Shown here in pieces: positions 38,783 through 51,567 of a stretch of 64,000 nucleotides of DNA (positions within the stretch are counted from its first letter, which is position 1; each line of letters begins with the position of its first letter). Origin of the DNA: Octopus sinensis (taxonomy: Eukaryota); contig NC_042997.1 in assembly GCF_006345805.1 (NCBI RefSeq), positions 23,870,001-23,934,000 on the forward strand, given 5' to 3'. A program made the position numbers and the translations under genes. Under the pieces are notes generated by a model. It saw nothing but the letters and a program-made list of their open reading frames with translations, had not been told where the DNA came from and ran no database searches.

Positions 38783-38815
<33 letters not shown>

Positions 38816-39499
38816 CGTGGTGGTGGTGGCGGCGGCGGTAGTCGTAGTAGTAGTAGTAGTGGCAACAGAAGAAACATTGGCAGCTGCAGTAGCAGTAGCA
38901 GTAGTAGTAGTAGTAGTAGTAAGTTGTGGTTGTGGTGACAGTAGTAGTAGTATTTGTTGTTGTTTGTTGTGGTGGTGGTGGTGGTGGTGGTGGTGGTGGT
39001 GGTGATGTAGTATAGCAGTAGTAGTAGTAGCAGCAGCAGCAGTAATAGTAGTAGGAGTTGTACTAATAGTAGTAGTAGTAGTAGGCTAGTGATGTTATTT
39101 AGTAGTAGTACTAGTAGTAGTAGTAGTAGTAAGTTGTGGTTGTGGTGATAGTAGTAGTAGTAGTAAGTTGTGGTTGTGGTGACAGTAGTAGTAGTATTTG
39201 TTGTTGTTGTTGTTGTGGTGGTGGTGGTGGTGGTGGTGGTGATGTAGTATAGCAGTAGTAGTAGTAGCAGCAGCAGCAGTAATAGTAGTAGGAGTTGTAC
39301 TAATAGTAGTAGTAGTAGTAGGCTAGTGATGTTATTTAGTAGTAGTACTAGTAGTAGTAGTAGTAAGTTGTGGTTGTGGTGATAGTAGTATTGGTATTTG
39401 TTGTTGTTGTGGTGGTGGTGGTGGTAGTGGTGGTGGTTTAGTATAGCAGTAGTAGTAGTGGCAGCAGCAGTAGTAGTAGTGGCAGCAGCAGTAGTAGTG

Positions 39500-39533
<34 letters not shown>

Positions 39534-39600
39534 TAGTAGTAGTATAGTAGTAGTAGTAGTAGTAGTAGTAGTAGGCTAGTGATGTTATTTAGTAGTGGTG
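38770..39600. repeat. (GTA/GTG/GCA)n field with a ~240-bp higher-order repeat
   Basis: aggagttgtactaat at 39053 and 39290; aggctagtgatgttattt at 39083, 39320, 39573. Confidence 0.9.
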
Positions 39601-39849
39601 ATGGGATGATAAATGTTTGAAGCATTATTTTGGAAATAAAACGAAATATACATGAAGAGATGGGCGGAGAAAGGGAAAAGAAAGAAGTGAATAGATAATC
39701 CGTTAATCTTTGAGATTACGGAATTTGAATGGAAGATTTCAAATATATCTCAGTAACGTTTACTGTAGAATGAGTTTTCAAACAGTTTTCGATAATTGAC
39801 AGTTGCTATTCGAGTTTCACGTCCATCGCGTGCACCATCTCTCAGTGGG

Positions 39850-40209
39850 AAGAAAGAAGAAAGAAAGACTGAATGAATGAATGAATGAATGAAAGAAAGA
39901 AAGAAGAAGAAAGAAAGAAAGAAGGAAAGAAAGGAAAAAGAGAAAAGAAAGGAAGAAAGAATGATTGAAAGAATGACCGATAGAAGAACGATACAAAGAA
40001 TGAAGGAAGGGAGGAAGGATGGAAGGAAAAAGAAAGAAAGAACGAAAAAAGAAAGAACGATAGAAAGAACAAGCGAAGTAAGGACAATAGAGAGAGTGAA
40101 TGAATGAAGGAAGGCAGGAACGAACGAAAGATGAACGAAGAAAGAAAGAAACAAACAAACAAACAAAGACAAAGAAAGGAAGAAAGAAATGAAGAAAGAA
40201 AGAAGAGTA

Positions 40210-40244
<35 letters not shown>

Positions 40245-40250
40245 CAGGGA
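39850..40250. repeat. (GAAA)n/(GAAT)n purine-rich tract
   Basis: Direct. Confidence 0.92.
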
Positions 40251-41213
40251 TAGAAGTCTGAAAAATTTGAGTAGTTAAAAGTAAAAGTTGTTGAGTCAGT
40301 GAATGATTTTCAAAAAGTAACTTGGTCTAACTAAGAATTGGTGAGATGTAGATGGTTTGCAGTTCTGTCCGTGGGTAGAACTTACAACGAGCATGTATCA
40401 CAGGCAATAGTAAGCCACCAAGGCTATGACGTTGGCTGTGGAGGGAGCCGAGGTTAATTCAAGGCTACTGTGGATCAGGCGTGAGCCCTGGAAGGGACAG
40501 TACTACTAAGGATGGTAGTGCAAACTGGATAAAAGCTGACGTTTCATCGACCCTGGCTTGGTCGCCTGGGTGAAGGTAAATATGTCTGATGTTAAAGGAC
40601 CCAAAACACCTAATGATCCCAGGAGACGTCACCAATAATGTGTCCAGGTGCGTCACAAATTGATGTTAGTAAACAATCAATTATGACACGGGTGCTTACA
40701 CGGTTCATGTAAAAACATACTGCACAAATAAAGGGAAAAATATTTTTAAAAAACACCACGTAAAGAGACTTTTCAAAAAAACAGACGCAATGGAACGGAT
40801 TAATAGAATATTGAGCGGCGATTCATTCTCACGATTTTTGTTATAAATGCAAACTAAAATATCTAGTAACATCATTGCTCTGTTTCTAATATATTTATAG
40901 TCCTTCCAGGATACTAATTGCATTACCGATATTATATTTAGCATACACATCTCCAAATACGATATAAAACAGTATGTACCGGAGCATAAAGTCATTTTAC
41001 AAACAGAAATTCGTTTCAAAATATCTTGTGTAGATTTACAAAATTATTTTGAAAAAAAAAAAACTAATAATAAAAACAAAAAGAAAATCACTATTGCTCA
41101 TGAAAGAACGAAACGAGACTGTCTTCTCTATACAAGGTAACCGTTAATCATAAGATATATAAAATAGAAGCTGCAGTAGCAGACATTTGAGAGAAAAAGT
41201 GGAGGAATAATTA

Positions 41214-41706
41214 CCGTAAATCTTCGAGTATAATCCGCATTTTTTCCCAAAAAAATTTAAAGGTCAAAATCTCTAATGAGTACTATATATGAGGTTAAAA
41301 ATGAAAAAATATTTTGTAAGCAATGTCCGAGTCTGTATTTGCTGTCCGGCAATGTTTATTCAGACTCATTTTGTGATGTCGAGCGTGAAAATACCTTAAG
41401 CTGAGCCCGAAAGCAATGAAGTCATAGAAGAATCATCCATAACTTGCAGTAAGCAACATTTATTAAACGTTATTACTGTTATTACTGTTATTTCTTTCTT
41501 TTCTGCAAACAAAATGCACAAAAAAGCTACATGTTTGCATTATGTTATATATACAATAATAATAAAGGACGTTATATAGACATCCTTGACTCAAGTTTGA
41601 GAAGGGGTGCGTATTATACACAAGGTTTACGTTTTTCAGAGGTACAGTCCCCTAAAAATCCCCTGCGTATTATACTCAAGGGCGGACTATACTCGAGGAT
41701 TTACGG
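41214..41706. mobile_element. Tc1/mariner-superfamily MITE (Tc2/Kanga-like ends), 493 bp
   Basis: TA TSD; 25-bp TIRs ccgtaaatcttcgagtataatccgc / gcggactatactcgaggatttacgg (2 mismatches); subterminal tgcgtattatac repeats. Confidence 0.85.
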
Positions 41707-41759
41707 TACTGAAATTATTGCTTAAAAACATTAAAGTTACAATGCGGCAACAAAATGTC

Positions 41760-41930
41760 CATACTACCACGATATCAAGAAAAGCCTTTCAGAAGACGAA
41801 GGCAGTCAAAAATGGATAAAGTTTTCAAAAATGCAAAGGCGGATAAGTACATGGCTCAAAGCCACAGTCGAAGACCTTTTATTATTGCATTAGGGGACCA
41901 AAGTCTTCTCGCCAGAATTTGTGAATTGTT
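41760..41930 (+). pseudogene. Old R4/Dong fragment A
   Basis: RYQEKPF, WLKATVED, FIIALGDQSLLAR versus RWQEKPL, GLKAETEG, FLIAAQDQSLPTR. Confidence 0.6.
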
Positions 41931-41964
41931 TTCGAAGATGAAAGACCTCTTTAAATCAAGGAAC

Positions 41965-42060
41965 AGAAGAAAGAAGAAGAAGAAGAAGAAGAAGAGAAGA
42001 AGAAGAAGAAGAAGAAGAAGAAGAAGAAGAAGAAAAAGAAGAAGAAGAAGAAGAAGGCGA
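41965..42060. repeat. (GAA)n microsatellite
   Basis: Direct. Confidence 0.95.
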
Positions 42061-42129
42061 TGATGACGAAAAGGAGGAGATTGAAAGGGAGGCGGAGGAG
42101 GAGAAAGTGGATTAGATTCTCCTCTTGAG

Positions 42130-42760
42130 AAAAACACTTTGTCTCTGATAGATTCCTGTACATTTAGTGGGCATGTGTTCCTCGCTATATTATTCCTGAC
42201 GTGGATGCTTTCAGTATACATCAAAGAATTCCTATCTCCTATATCACATACAGTGAAATATCACCATGGACTCCTTCAATTCTATACTTTAGTCCATGTT
42301 TCATTGCACTCTACACCCTTATTATAAAAGGTACAATCTTGAATTTTAGATCCCACATTTTTATAATTTCGATTATCAGGTCTTTGTATTTGAAACGTTT
42401 GTTTCTCTATTTCTTCCACATATATATTCTTATCAGATGGGCATGCCACATCAATCAGTATATAGCTCTTTTCTTGGTTATCTTTGATGGCAATGTCAGA
42501 GTGATTAGCTCTTATCTCCTTGTCTGTATATATTTGCATATCCTCAATAGTGCTCGTATTATTATTCTGCGTGATTGCTTTCGGTTTACGCATATATCAT
42601 TTGTCATCAGCGAGGAATTTCAGCTGTTTGCATATTTCCCGGTGAATGCAACTAGCTTCATTCTTATGTCTATGATATGGTCAAAGTTGGACATCAAATC
42701 ACAGTCTGAACTATAATTTATTCAGATTGATTACACATGCATTACTCAGGTTTTATTTCT
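42130..42760 (-). pseudogene. Old R4/Dong fragment B (post-knuckle region + RLE)
   Basis: IHREICKQLK..EDMQIYTDKEIRANHSDIAIKDNQEKSYILIDVACPSDKN. Confidence 0.82.
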
Positions 42761-43684
42761 GATTAAGTAATATTATCTTTGTTGCTATTGTTATTGTTGT
42801 TACAGCCATTATTATTATATGAGTGGTGCCCAGTTGAAAGTCACTGGAGTTGAGCTGCGATTATGAAGCTTAAGGTTTCCTCTTTCAAAATCGAGCTTTT
42901 TAACAGCCTGTACCTTTGCTTTTCTTTTTTTTGTCTTAATCCAATCTATTTATTCTTATGGAAACGAAGCAAGTATTGTTCCAATGTGTTGCTAATTTTG
43001 ATTTTCTTATACAACGTTTCTGACTTATTATTCTTATCTCTGGCTTTTTCGGTCGATATTTTTTCTATGTTCAATTCGAAGCTTTTATTTGTCTTTTTTT
43101 TTTTTTTGTGGGGAGTGGTTTAATGCATCTGTATAATGACTTCGTATTTGAGAATATATATGCGTGGAAGAGAGAGAGAGAGACAGGCAGAAAGACAGAA
43201 AGACAGACAGACAGTGACAGAGAGTGTGAGAGAGAGAGAGAGAAAGAATGAGAGAGAAAAAAAGAAAGAAAGACAGAAAGTAAGCAAGAAAGAAAGGCTG
43301 AGTGAAAGATTTCTATCTTTGTGCGTCTAAGCCTCTCTGTACGTTGGCGAGTGATTCTGTGTTTCTCCGTACGTTTTTGCTATTGTACTACAGGTTCTCT
43401 CTCTCTCTCTCTCTCTCTCTCACTACATATATATATATATATATACATGCAGACACACACACAAGTACTTGACAAATTTCGCCCACAGCTTCTTTCATCT
43501 AAATTATATTGAGGCCTTGCTCACTCGGAGGCCTACAAAAAACGATCGTGTGTAGTGGGAATCGAACGCAGTAATATAGTTATGACCTGACGTTCTTGAT
43601 AACAAAACTTGAACGGCTATTGTGGACATTTGTAAATGAAAATCTTTCCCAAAAATATAATCAATTACTTATACAATAAGTGCA

Positions 43685-43805
43685 GCTCAGAAGTGTTGAA
43701 CTTTCAGTCGCGAGATCATGGTTTCGAATCCAAGATCGGCAAAACTTCGTATTTCCCGTTGATCCACAGGATGGGTAATCCTGCGATGGGCAAGCGTTCC
43801 GTTGA
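43685..43805 (+). mobile_element. Degenerate tRNA-derived SINE (D-like)
   Basis: ggtttcgaatcc B-box-like; gggtaatcctgcgatgg tail start. Confidence 0.45.
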
Positions 43806-43914
43806 TGAGATATGCTGGCCTGCCCACCTAACCGTCGAGGTGACAGTGTTCGAAGGCGAAAACAATATGAAGCGCATTTTGACCAGCAGTTTATACCTGA
43901 CATATATGAATATG

Positions 43915-43947
<33 letters not shown>

Positions 43948-44099
43948 TTATATATACATATATATATATCTATATATGCATGTATGTATATGTATGTCTG
44001 TGCGCGCACAAATACACATGTGAATTTATGCGTGTGTATGTTTATGTCGAACACAAATATATACTCAATATTTTCGATATACACTCATATAAACATGTG

Positions 44100-44329
44100 T
44101 GTGTTTATTGAGCGAAAACACCTAAAGCTCCACGAGGCTCCGGCAAAGGGTGGTGGTGACCCCTGTTGTGCTCTTTCGCCCCAACCATTCTCTCACTCTT
44201 TCGTCCTGTTTCTTGAGTAACGCTGCGATGGACTGGCGTCCTGTCCAGCTGGGGGGGACACATACGCCATAGAAACCGGGAAACCGGACCCATGAGCCTG
44301 GCTAGGCTTGAAAAGGGCGCATAAAAAAA
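44100..44329 (+). mobile_element. SINE-C 5'-truncated, tail type 2 (shared with SINE-D)
   Basis: Body ttattgagcgaaaacacctaaagctccacgaggctccggca; tail ttgagtaacgctgcgatggactggcgtc..gaaaccgggaaaccggacccatgag. Confidence 0.85.
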
Positions 44330-44330
44330 G

Positions 44331-44365
<35 letters not shown>

Positions 44366-45309
44366 TGATCTAGCCATTCAATAAAACTATAGTGATACCA
44401 CAAGCACCAAGCTGAAATGAGAACAACGATATGATGGATTTAAAAGTCTAGAAGTCGGTTTCCCTGACTAAAACAGAAGAAAGGTACTCTGGAATGTTAA
44501 ACAACCTCTGACATTTTAACGAAAATATGTTGAGTTGCACATTACCTTTGTAAAAGTGCATTATTTTTAGATTCTGCTTCGTTGATTTTTTTTTTCTCCT
44601 GGTGTCTTACTTAATGTTTTTCGAGTGTCTCAGTAAACTGTTCGATGTTAACGGGACAATCGCCTTCGAGAAAATCAGAGAGAATGACGCACTTTTCTTC
44701 CCCCAAAATAATAAACTTCTTTTATCAACTCTCATGAGAAATGAATCAGTCGGGTAATTGTATTTTTTCAAGATCCCACAGATGCTGGCTCATAACATGA
44801 ACTTTCTTGAATGTGATGTCACACACACGAGCGAGTCACTGTAGTTTCAGGTAAGATTGTCTGTCCTATGAGCAAAGAAAATATGATTGTATTCTATAGC
44901 CACCCCGCACACCAAACTAAAAGCAAACGTTTTGAAACCCTTTCTATGCATCACGCTTAAATTTGACATAGGTGATTTAGGCAAATTTTTCTTACATCTT
45001 TTCATAATCTTTTATTTGTACCATGAGTGTACGAGGTGGAGATTGATGCTGATTTCCATTGCGAAGATACACAGGTTTGAATCCTCAAGTTCAGCTGTTG
45101 ATAAGCCGTAGCCATTCTGTCAGGTCGTTCTTCTATCAAATATCACTGAACAAATCATTCATGTCTTTGCATGTGTAATCAAATAACATTAAGGTGAACT
45201 GCAACTTATTAATTCTTCCGCAAGATTCCTTTATCAAATCCCACTCTTCTAACATGTAAAATGAGGTGTTTGCTTTCCTTTGACCTTCCTGATTTTCTAA
45301 CATCAAGCA

Positions 45310-45686
45310 TCTCTATATAAACGGCAGTCTGTGTGCGTGTCTGTGTGTCTGTTAGGTTGTACCCTCACCCTGACCACGGCTTTCAACCGATTCTGATGAA
45401 ACTTGACACATACATAGCCCAATGTCATAATTCAAAACTAACGCAGCGAAAATTTTGAAAAGTTCCCCCAGTTCTGAAAAAGATCGATAAATTCGACATG
45501 GGGTCGACAATCAGAAACACAAACCACAGATGGTGTAGGGGACGCAACTTGACCTTTTTAACTCTCAAAAAAAAATTTACCATCATTTTTTTCCCATTTT
45601 TTTGCTATTTTTTGGCTATAACTCTCTAAAAATGCTTTATAGTTATTTCCCTTACAAACCCGAGCAACGCCGGGCGATACTGCTAG
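45310..45686 (+). mobile_element. Non-autonomous Helitron, chimeric subfamily
   Basis: a|TCtctatataaa ... cccgagcaacgccggg-cgatactgCTAG|t; 3' ~120 bp shared with copies 1-3, 5' ~250 bp different. Confidence 0.88.
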
Positions 45687-45699
45687 TACAGAAATAAAA

Positions 45700-46290
45700 C
45701 GGAAACATTTAGCACGTGAAAGAAATCTCCTATGGCTTTCGATTCGACTCTAAGTTCTGAGCTCAAATGACGCTGGCTCTATTTTTGCCATTCATCATTC
45801 ACTAGTCGATACACTAAAATACTAATTAAGTACTTGCATTGGCTAATTCCACTTCGCTCTCCTTCTGCGTAAATTACAAACAATCAATGGGCGGCGAGCT
45901 GGCAAAAACGTTAGCACGCCGGGCGCAATACTTAGCTGTATTTCGTCTGCCGTTACGTTGTGAGTTCAAATTCCGCCGAGGTCGACTTTACCTTTCATCC
46001 TTTCGGCGTCGATAAATTAAGTACCAGTTCCATACTGGGGTCGATCTAATCGACTGGCCTTATGTCTTGAGTAGAAAAGAATGTTATATTTCATTCGGTG
46101 TGTTGCAAGAATCGTTAGCATGTCGGACAAAGTAGCATTTTGTCCGCTTTTATGTTCTGATTTCATATTCCGTTGAGGCTGACTTTACCTTTCATCCTTC
46201 CTGGGTTGATAAATAGTATTTGAGCACCGGGGTCGATGTAATCAACTTGTACCCTCCCCCAAAATTTGTGCTTATAATAGAAATGCTTAT
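45700..46290 (+). mobile_element. Cluster of three SINE-A copies of different ages (45700-45835 degenerate, 45889-46080 young, 46090-46290 older)
   Basis: Head, B box and core recognisable in each. Confidence 0.75.
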
Positions 46291-46422
46291 TATTGTTGTT
46301 ATTGTCATAATTATTATTATTGGTTTTATTATTATTGTCATTGCCGTTGTCTCTTGACGTCCATCTTCTTTCAGCTAGTGCATATGTCGTTTGAAGACAT
46401 CAGCATATTGTAATAGTCAATG

Positions 46423-46500
<78 letters not shown>

Positions 46501-46526
46501 AATAGATAGATAGATAGTATGTATGT

Positions 46527-46737
46527 ATGCATAAGGGGTTTTTTCCTTGTGTTATTTGTCCTGTACTCTTTTTTTGTTGTTTAAGAAAATGTCCAGTTCC
46601 TTGTGTTGGTGTCTATGTTTTCGTTTCTCATTGTGTTCGACGTTTTTTTTGGCGTCCTGTACTCATATATGCGTGTATGTATACATGTAGAGGTAGGTAC
46701 GTACATATATGTACATATATATGCATATGTTTTATTA

Positions 46738-46745
<8 letters not shown>
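46527..46745 (+). mobile_element. Partial copy of the 29400-30135 terminus ending at (TA)n
   Basis: tttctcattgtgttcgacgt..gtacatgtagaggtaggtacgtacatatatg-like block shared. Confidence 0.75.
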
Positions 46746-46812
<67 letters not shown>

Positions 46813-47094
46813 GCATACATATATGTATATATCTATGTATGTTTAATGTATAAACGTGTGTACCAGTGTAAGAGCAGGTGTGTTCACCTACATTTATGTA
46901 CATACGCATATGCATAGGTATGTGTCTATATGCACGCTGTGTGTGCGTTTGTGAGTGTTTGTTTGTGTGTGTGTGTGCGTTTGCGAGTGTGTGTGTTCGT
47001 GCCCTACTGTGTGTGTGTGTGAGTTCGTGCCGTACTGTGTGTGTTTATGCACATTTCTAAAAGGCCTGCCGTTTATTTAGGTTAGTTATTCATT

Positions 47095-47320
47095 TCCTAA
47101 GAACGAGTCTGCTTCCTGGCAGAACTCTGGGATTTTGGTTGAAGATTACACTGTTAAGATAATTATGGCATAGTTCATTTCCTTCCCTATGACTCCTAGA
47201 TCTCCAAACATAATGGGTACTACTTTTGGATCAATGCCCCACATTCTTGCCCCTTCTATTCGCAAATTCTTCCATTTCGAATGATTTCATATGTTCCTTT
47301 CAACAGGATACGAATTATCC
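47095..47320 (-). pseudogene. Old R4-type RLE C-terminal fragment
   Basis: LRIEGARMWGIDPKVVPIMFGDLGVIGK and LPGSRLVLRK resemble TEVTRMWNLKTKTIPIIVGALGMIKK and LLGIAHILRR. Confidence 0.55.
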
Positions 47321-47589
47321 ATCATATATTTTTTGTTTTATTTTGTTGTTCATATATATATCTTTAGGGGCTAGTTAAGTTACGATTAGAAGGTTAGCTA
47401 TTAGAAGAGCAAGAAACGGGAAAATAAAGATTTTGTTAAATATTTCAATGAACAGCATAAATGTAAAAAAGCCTTTCGTAACATATACGCAAGTCAAGCA
47501 CTTTTAGAGAGGACTTCAGATGTGTGAAACGTACCCCGGTACTGAAAATTTAAAATAAAAATTAAAAGCAGACAAATCCTTTCTACTGA

Positions 47590-47758
47590 AATTTTGGGGA
47601 GGTGGCCAGTCTATTAGATCGACCCCAGTACGCAACTGGTACTTAATTTATCGACCCTCGAAGAATGAAAGGTAAAGTCGACCTCGGCGGAATTTGAACT
47701 CAGAACGTAACGACTGGCGACATACCACTGGGCATTTCGTCCAGCGGGCTAACGGCGA
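47590..47758 (-). mobile_element. SINE-A copy
   Basis: Reversed core and B box. Confidence 0.82.
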
Positions 47759-48128
47759 GATTTATAAGGGTGATTTAAAGAAACGCCCAGGTATTTTGTC
47801 CAGCATTCTAACAATTCCGTTACACATCCATCTAAACATAAATGCATCGATATACCGTTTATTACAAAATTGTTATGTACTCATTGTTCTACAAGCTGTG
47901 AAGAGTTCTCTTGAAGGTCATTCAGTTTTTGTTCGCTATCTCTATTTCCTATGTATTATTATTATTTAAATTCAGTTTATATAGAAACAAACAGAAAAAC
48001 AAAAATGCTTTAATTTCTAACGAAATATTTGTCTTCTAAATTGGTTTCCAACTACTTATATTTAGTCAAATTCTAAGACTATATCGTGCACATTGTCATC
48101 AAACATTATACTGATATATATATATTAT

Positions 48129-48503
48129 AGGCGCAGGAGTGGCTGTGTGGTAAGTAGCTTGCTAACCAACCACATGGTTCCGGGTTCAGTCCAAGTGTCT
48201 TCTGCTATAGCCCCGGGCCGACCAATGCCTTGTGAGTGGATTTGGAAGACGGAAACTGAAAGAAGCCTGTCGTATATATGTATATATATGTATGTGTTTG
48301 TGTGTCTGTGTTTGTCCCCCTAGCATTGCTTGACAACCGATGCTGGTGTGCTTACGTCCCCGTCACTTAGCGGTTCGGCAAAAAGTGACCAATAGAATAA
48401 GTACTGGGCTTACAAAGAATAAGTCCCGGGGTCGATTTGCTCGACTAAAGGCGGTGCTCCAGCATGGCCGCAGTCAAATGACTGAAACAAGTAAAAGAGT
48501 AAA
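48129..48503 (+). mobile_element. SINE-B with a short internal deletion
   Basis: Matches 8469-8912. Confidence 0.92.
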
Positions 48504-48512
48504 GTGTAAGAG

Positions 48513-48550
<38 letters not shown>

Positions 48551-48559
48551 TTACTTCGT

Positions 48560-48835
48560 AGCTACATGTTTCTGGGTGCAGTCTTATGGCGTGGCACCTT
48601 GGGCAAGTCTCTTCGAATATAGCGTCGATCGACCAAAACCTTCTGAGTGGATTTGGTAGAGGGAAACTGAAACAAGCCCGTCATATATGTATGTATATAA
48701 TCTGTGTGTGTGTGTGTTTCTCTGTGTGTGTGTGTGTGTGTGTGTGCGTGTGTGTGTGTATGTGTGTGTATTTTACCCCACCCTTCCTTATGCTGGTGTG
48801 TTTACATTCACGTAACTTAGCGGTTCAGCTTAAAG
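48560..48835 (+). mobile_element. SINE-B diverged copy
   Basis: gcgtggcaccttgggcaagtc..gagtggatttggtagagggaaactgaa..cgtaacttagcggttc. Confidence 0.75.
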
Positions 48836-49479
48836 GAGAAAAATATTGTACTGGAATCGATTCATGCGACAGAAAATTCTTCAAGGCTGAGACAGGTAAT
48901 TGAGAAAAGAAAGATATATGCGTCTGTATGTATATATCTGGCGTATTTGCAAACACAGAGAGACTGGCAGGCCGTTTTGTTTTGCGTAATCATTTTGACT
49001 AACATGCCGTTTCGTTTTGCATAATCAGAATCTCTGTACTCGAAAACGAGGGATTCTGTAAAAATGTCTGGTTTCTTTTTGAAAACATATACACATACAC
49101 ACACACACACTCACATAAAGAGACATACACATATGGAAAGGATGAGGAAAAGAATGACCGTTCTGCTATTTCATTTTGTTTCTGTTGGTTCATGTCTGAG
49201 TTATGTAAATAACCTATGCAAAATTCATTTGGCATCAAATATTTTAATCCCACATTAATATTCCAAAATAAAGATATTCTTCAGGAGAGAAAATGTCAAC
49301 TAATAATGTTACTCATCAGTGTTAGTAAATGACATTTGATGGAACTGGAAGAGTCGCTGCTCACCAACAGTCTTGTTTCACAACTGGCATGAAGGTGATT
49401 TCTTATTGGGCATCATCGTTTCAATAGCAGAGCGAGCGAAAATACATGAGAAGCCTGAAGAAAGGGAACTAAGAGAGTT

Positions 49480-50040
49480 TGATATTTATTGAAGGAGGTT
49501 ACCTCACAGAAAAGATGATAAAGCTTAGTCAAGCCTCTGAAGGACAACAACACAATACATTTACATTAGAAAAACATCAGACCACTATGATTATGGATAG
49601 GCTAGAATATACTTGCAATATGGGGACCATAAGACTTTCAAAAAGTTCTCCACTCTATGCAAAGAAGTTATCACATCTACTTAAGTGGAACAAAGATGCC
49701 CTTATTTCGTATCAATGTAGACGGTTACAAAACATCATGTACAGGCTCCCACAAATATGAAAATCGTATGTACCCACTATGATTTATTGTCAGTTACAGA
49801 GATCTAGTCTGCCCTCCCATGAGTCGCTTCATGATTAACATCATCTCTCCGCCCATGAAGAGTCTTTTATGTGAAAAATTTCAAAACCCTTCGTAGAATA
49901 TTTTCAGACCAGTCTTGTTCTACCAACTTGTCGAAAGTGATGTGGAGAATTATTTAGAATAGTTTCAATAAGACCAAACTGAATAAAAAAACCAAAGTTT
50001 CCATGAACATACGATTTTCCCAAACTAATAACGCCATGGA
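49480..50040 (+). pseudogene. Penelope-like RT N-terminal remnant
   Basis: TTMIMDRLEY and MYRLPQI*K resemble the PLE motifs DKGNTTVIMDR.DY and YGLPKIHK. Confidence 0.55.
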
Positions 50041-50261
50041 GATTTAGTAATGCTTTTTAAAATGTCTAACTTCAAAATCAAAAATAAAACTTTCCAAAAT
50101 CTGGAAATGTCGACTATGAGTTTTATTATCACTGTTAAATACATGTATGTATGTATGTATGTATGTATGTATGTATGTATGTATGTATGTATGTATGTAT
50201 GTATGCATATATATATGTATATATATATATATATGTGTGGTGTGTGTGTGTGTGTGTGTGT

Positions 50262-50568
50262 GGAGGCGCAATGGCCCAGTGGTTAGGGCAGCGGATTCGC
50301 GGTCGAAAGATCGCGGTTTCGATTCCCAGAGCGGGCGTTGTGAGTGTTTATTGAGCGAAAACACCTAAAAAAGCTCCACGAGGCTCCGGCAGGGGGTGGT
50401 GATCCCTGCTGTACTATTTCACCACTTTTTCACCCACACTTTCTTCTGTTGGCCTGCTCGCTTAGCCAGCAGGGTGGCGTCATTCGAGGGCTAAAACAAT
50501 GCGAACGCATTGTGACCAGCGATGTGTAACAACATCTGATGGTCTGGTCGGTCACGTGATCACGTGAT
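50262..50568 (+). mobile_element. SINE-C full length, tail type 3
   Basis: Tail ttggcctgctcgcttagccagc..gaacgcattgtgaccagcgatgtg..ggtcacgtgatcacgtgat. Confidence 0.92.
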
Positions 50569-50971
50569 ATATATATATTTACGGACCCTATCGAAGATTT
50601 AGCCCCAGGACTCGAAGTTCATGTAGGATACTTGGAACATCAAAGAACTGTTTTCATAACGCTTGCTGATTACCGGTTCAGTAATTTTTGCGTTGTTCAG
50701 TAGTTATCTTTATTGAAAAGGAAATAGTGTTTAAAAGTGCAGCATTGACTGTCTTTGACTCATTCATTGGCTCAGTCCAGTCTAATACCAGTTTTATTAC
50801 ACTGTCTATAAAAACATAGGTTTCTCAGTACTAAATATTTATTCAGAAATATAACAACTAATAACGACCAAAGATCAAACCAATCGAAATTTAATATGGA
50901 CTTCAAAAAAATGTTCTATCTCTAAGAGATGTGCATTTTAGTGTAATTTCAAAATTGATTTTATTATAACA

Positions 50972-51367
50972 CTAGCAGTATCGCCCGGCGTTGCTCGGGT
51001 TTGTAAGGGAAATAACTATAAAGCATTTTTAGAGAGTTATAGCCAAAAAATAGCAAAAAAAATGCATTAAAAATGGAAAAAATATGATGGTAAATTCTTT
51101 TTTAAATCGTTGTCTCATCGTAGACATTTTTAGAGAGTTACTTCCCTTATATTTAAAAAAATATGAATTAAAATGGAAAAACATTATGGTAAATTATTTT
51201 TAAAATCGTAGACTCATCGTAGACGCGCGCTAATACCCAGAAGGGCTCGATATGAATCCCGACTATAAGATATCCGGTTTTGGTTAAACTGCACCGCAAA
51301 TTGTGGGAGTAGTTAGGAATCTAAATCGGAGTAGACAGACACACAACCTTACTTTTATATATAAAGA
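50972..51367 (-). mobile_element. Non-autonomous Helitron, copy 3
   Basis: Same termini and AT target. Confidence 0.9.
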
Positions 51368-51379
51368 TAACATAACAAG

Positions 51380-51500
51380 ATGGCGTCGACTTTGCACAGC
51401 GGACAAAATGCTAAGCATCATTACTTCAAGTTTCATGTTCTGAATTCAAATTTTGAGGAGGTTGAAGCTACCTTTCATCCTTTCGGGATGAGTAAAATAA
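51380..51500 (+). mobile_element. Degenerate SINE-A
   Basis: gttctgaattcaaattt..cctttcatcctttcggga. Confidence 0.6.
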
Positions 51501-51567
51501 AGTACAATTTAATACTATTCTACATGTTTGAGATGAGGAATTATGTACCTTATTTACAATGAACGTA

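Noticed and set aside
44770-44860. Possible exon ending CAG|GTAAGA
   Set aside because: All plus-strand frames contain stops; no partner exons.
45380-45410. ttCTGATGAaacttgac inside the Helitron as a hammerhead
   Set aside because: No stem II or downstream GAAA-NUH.
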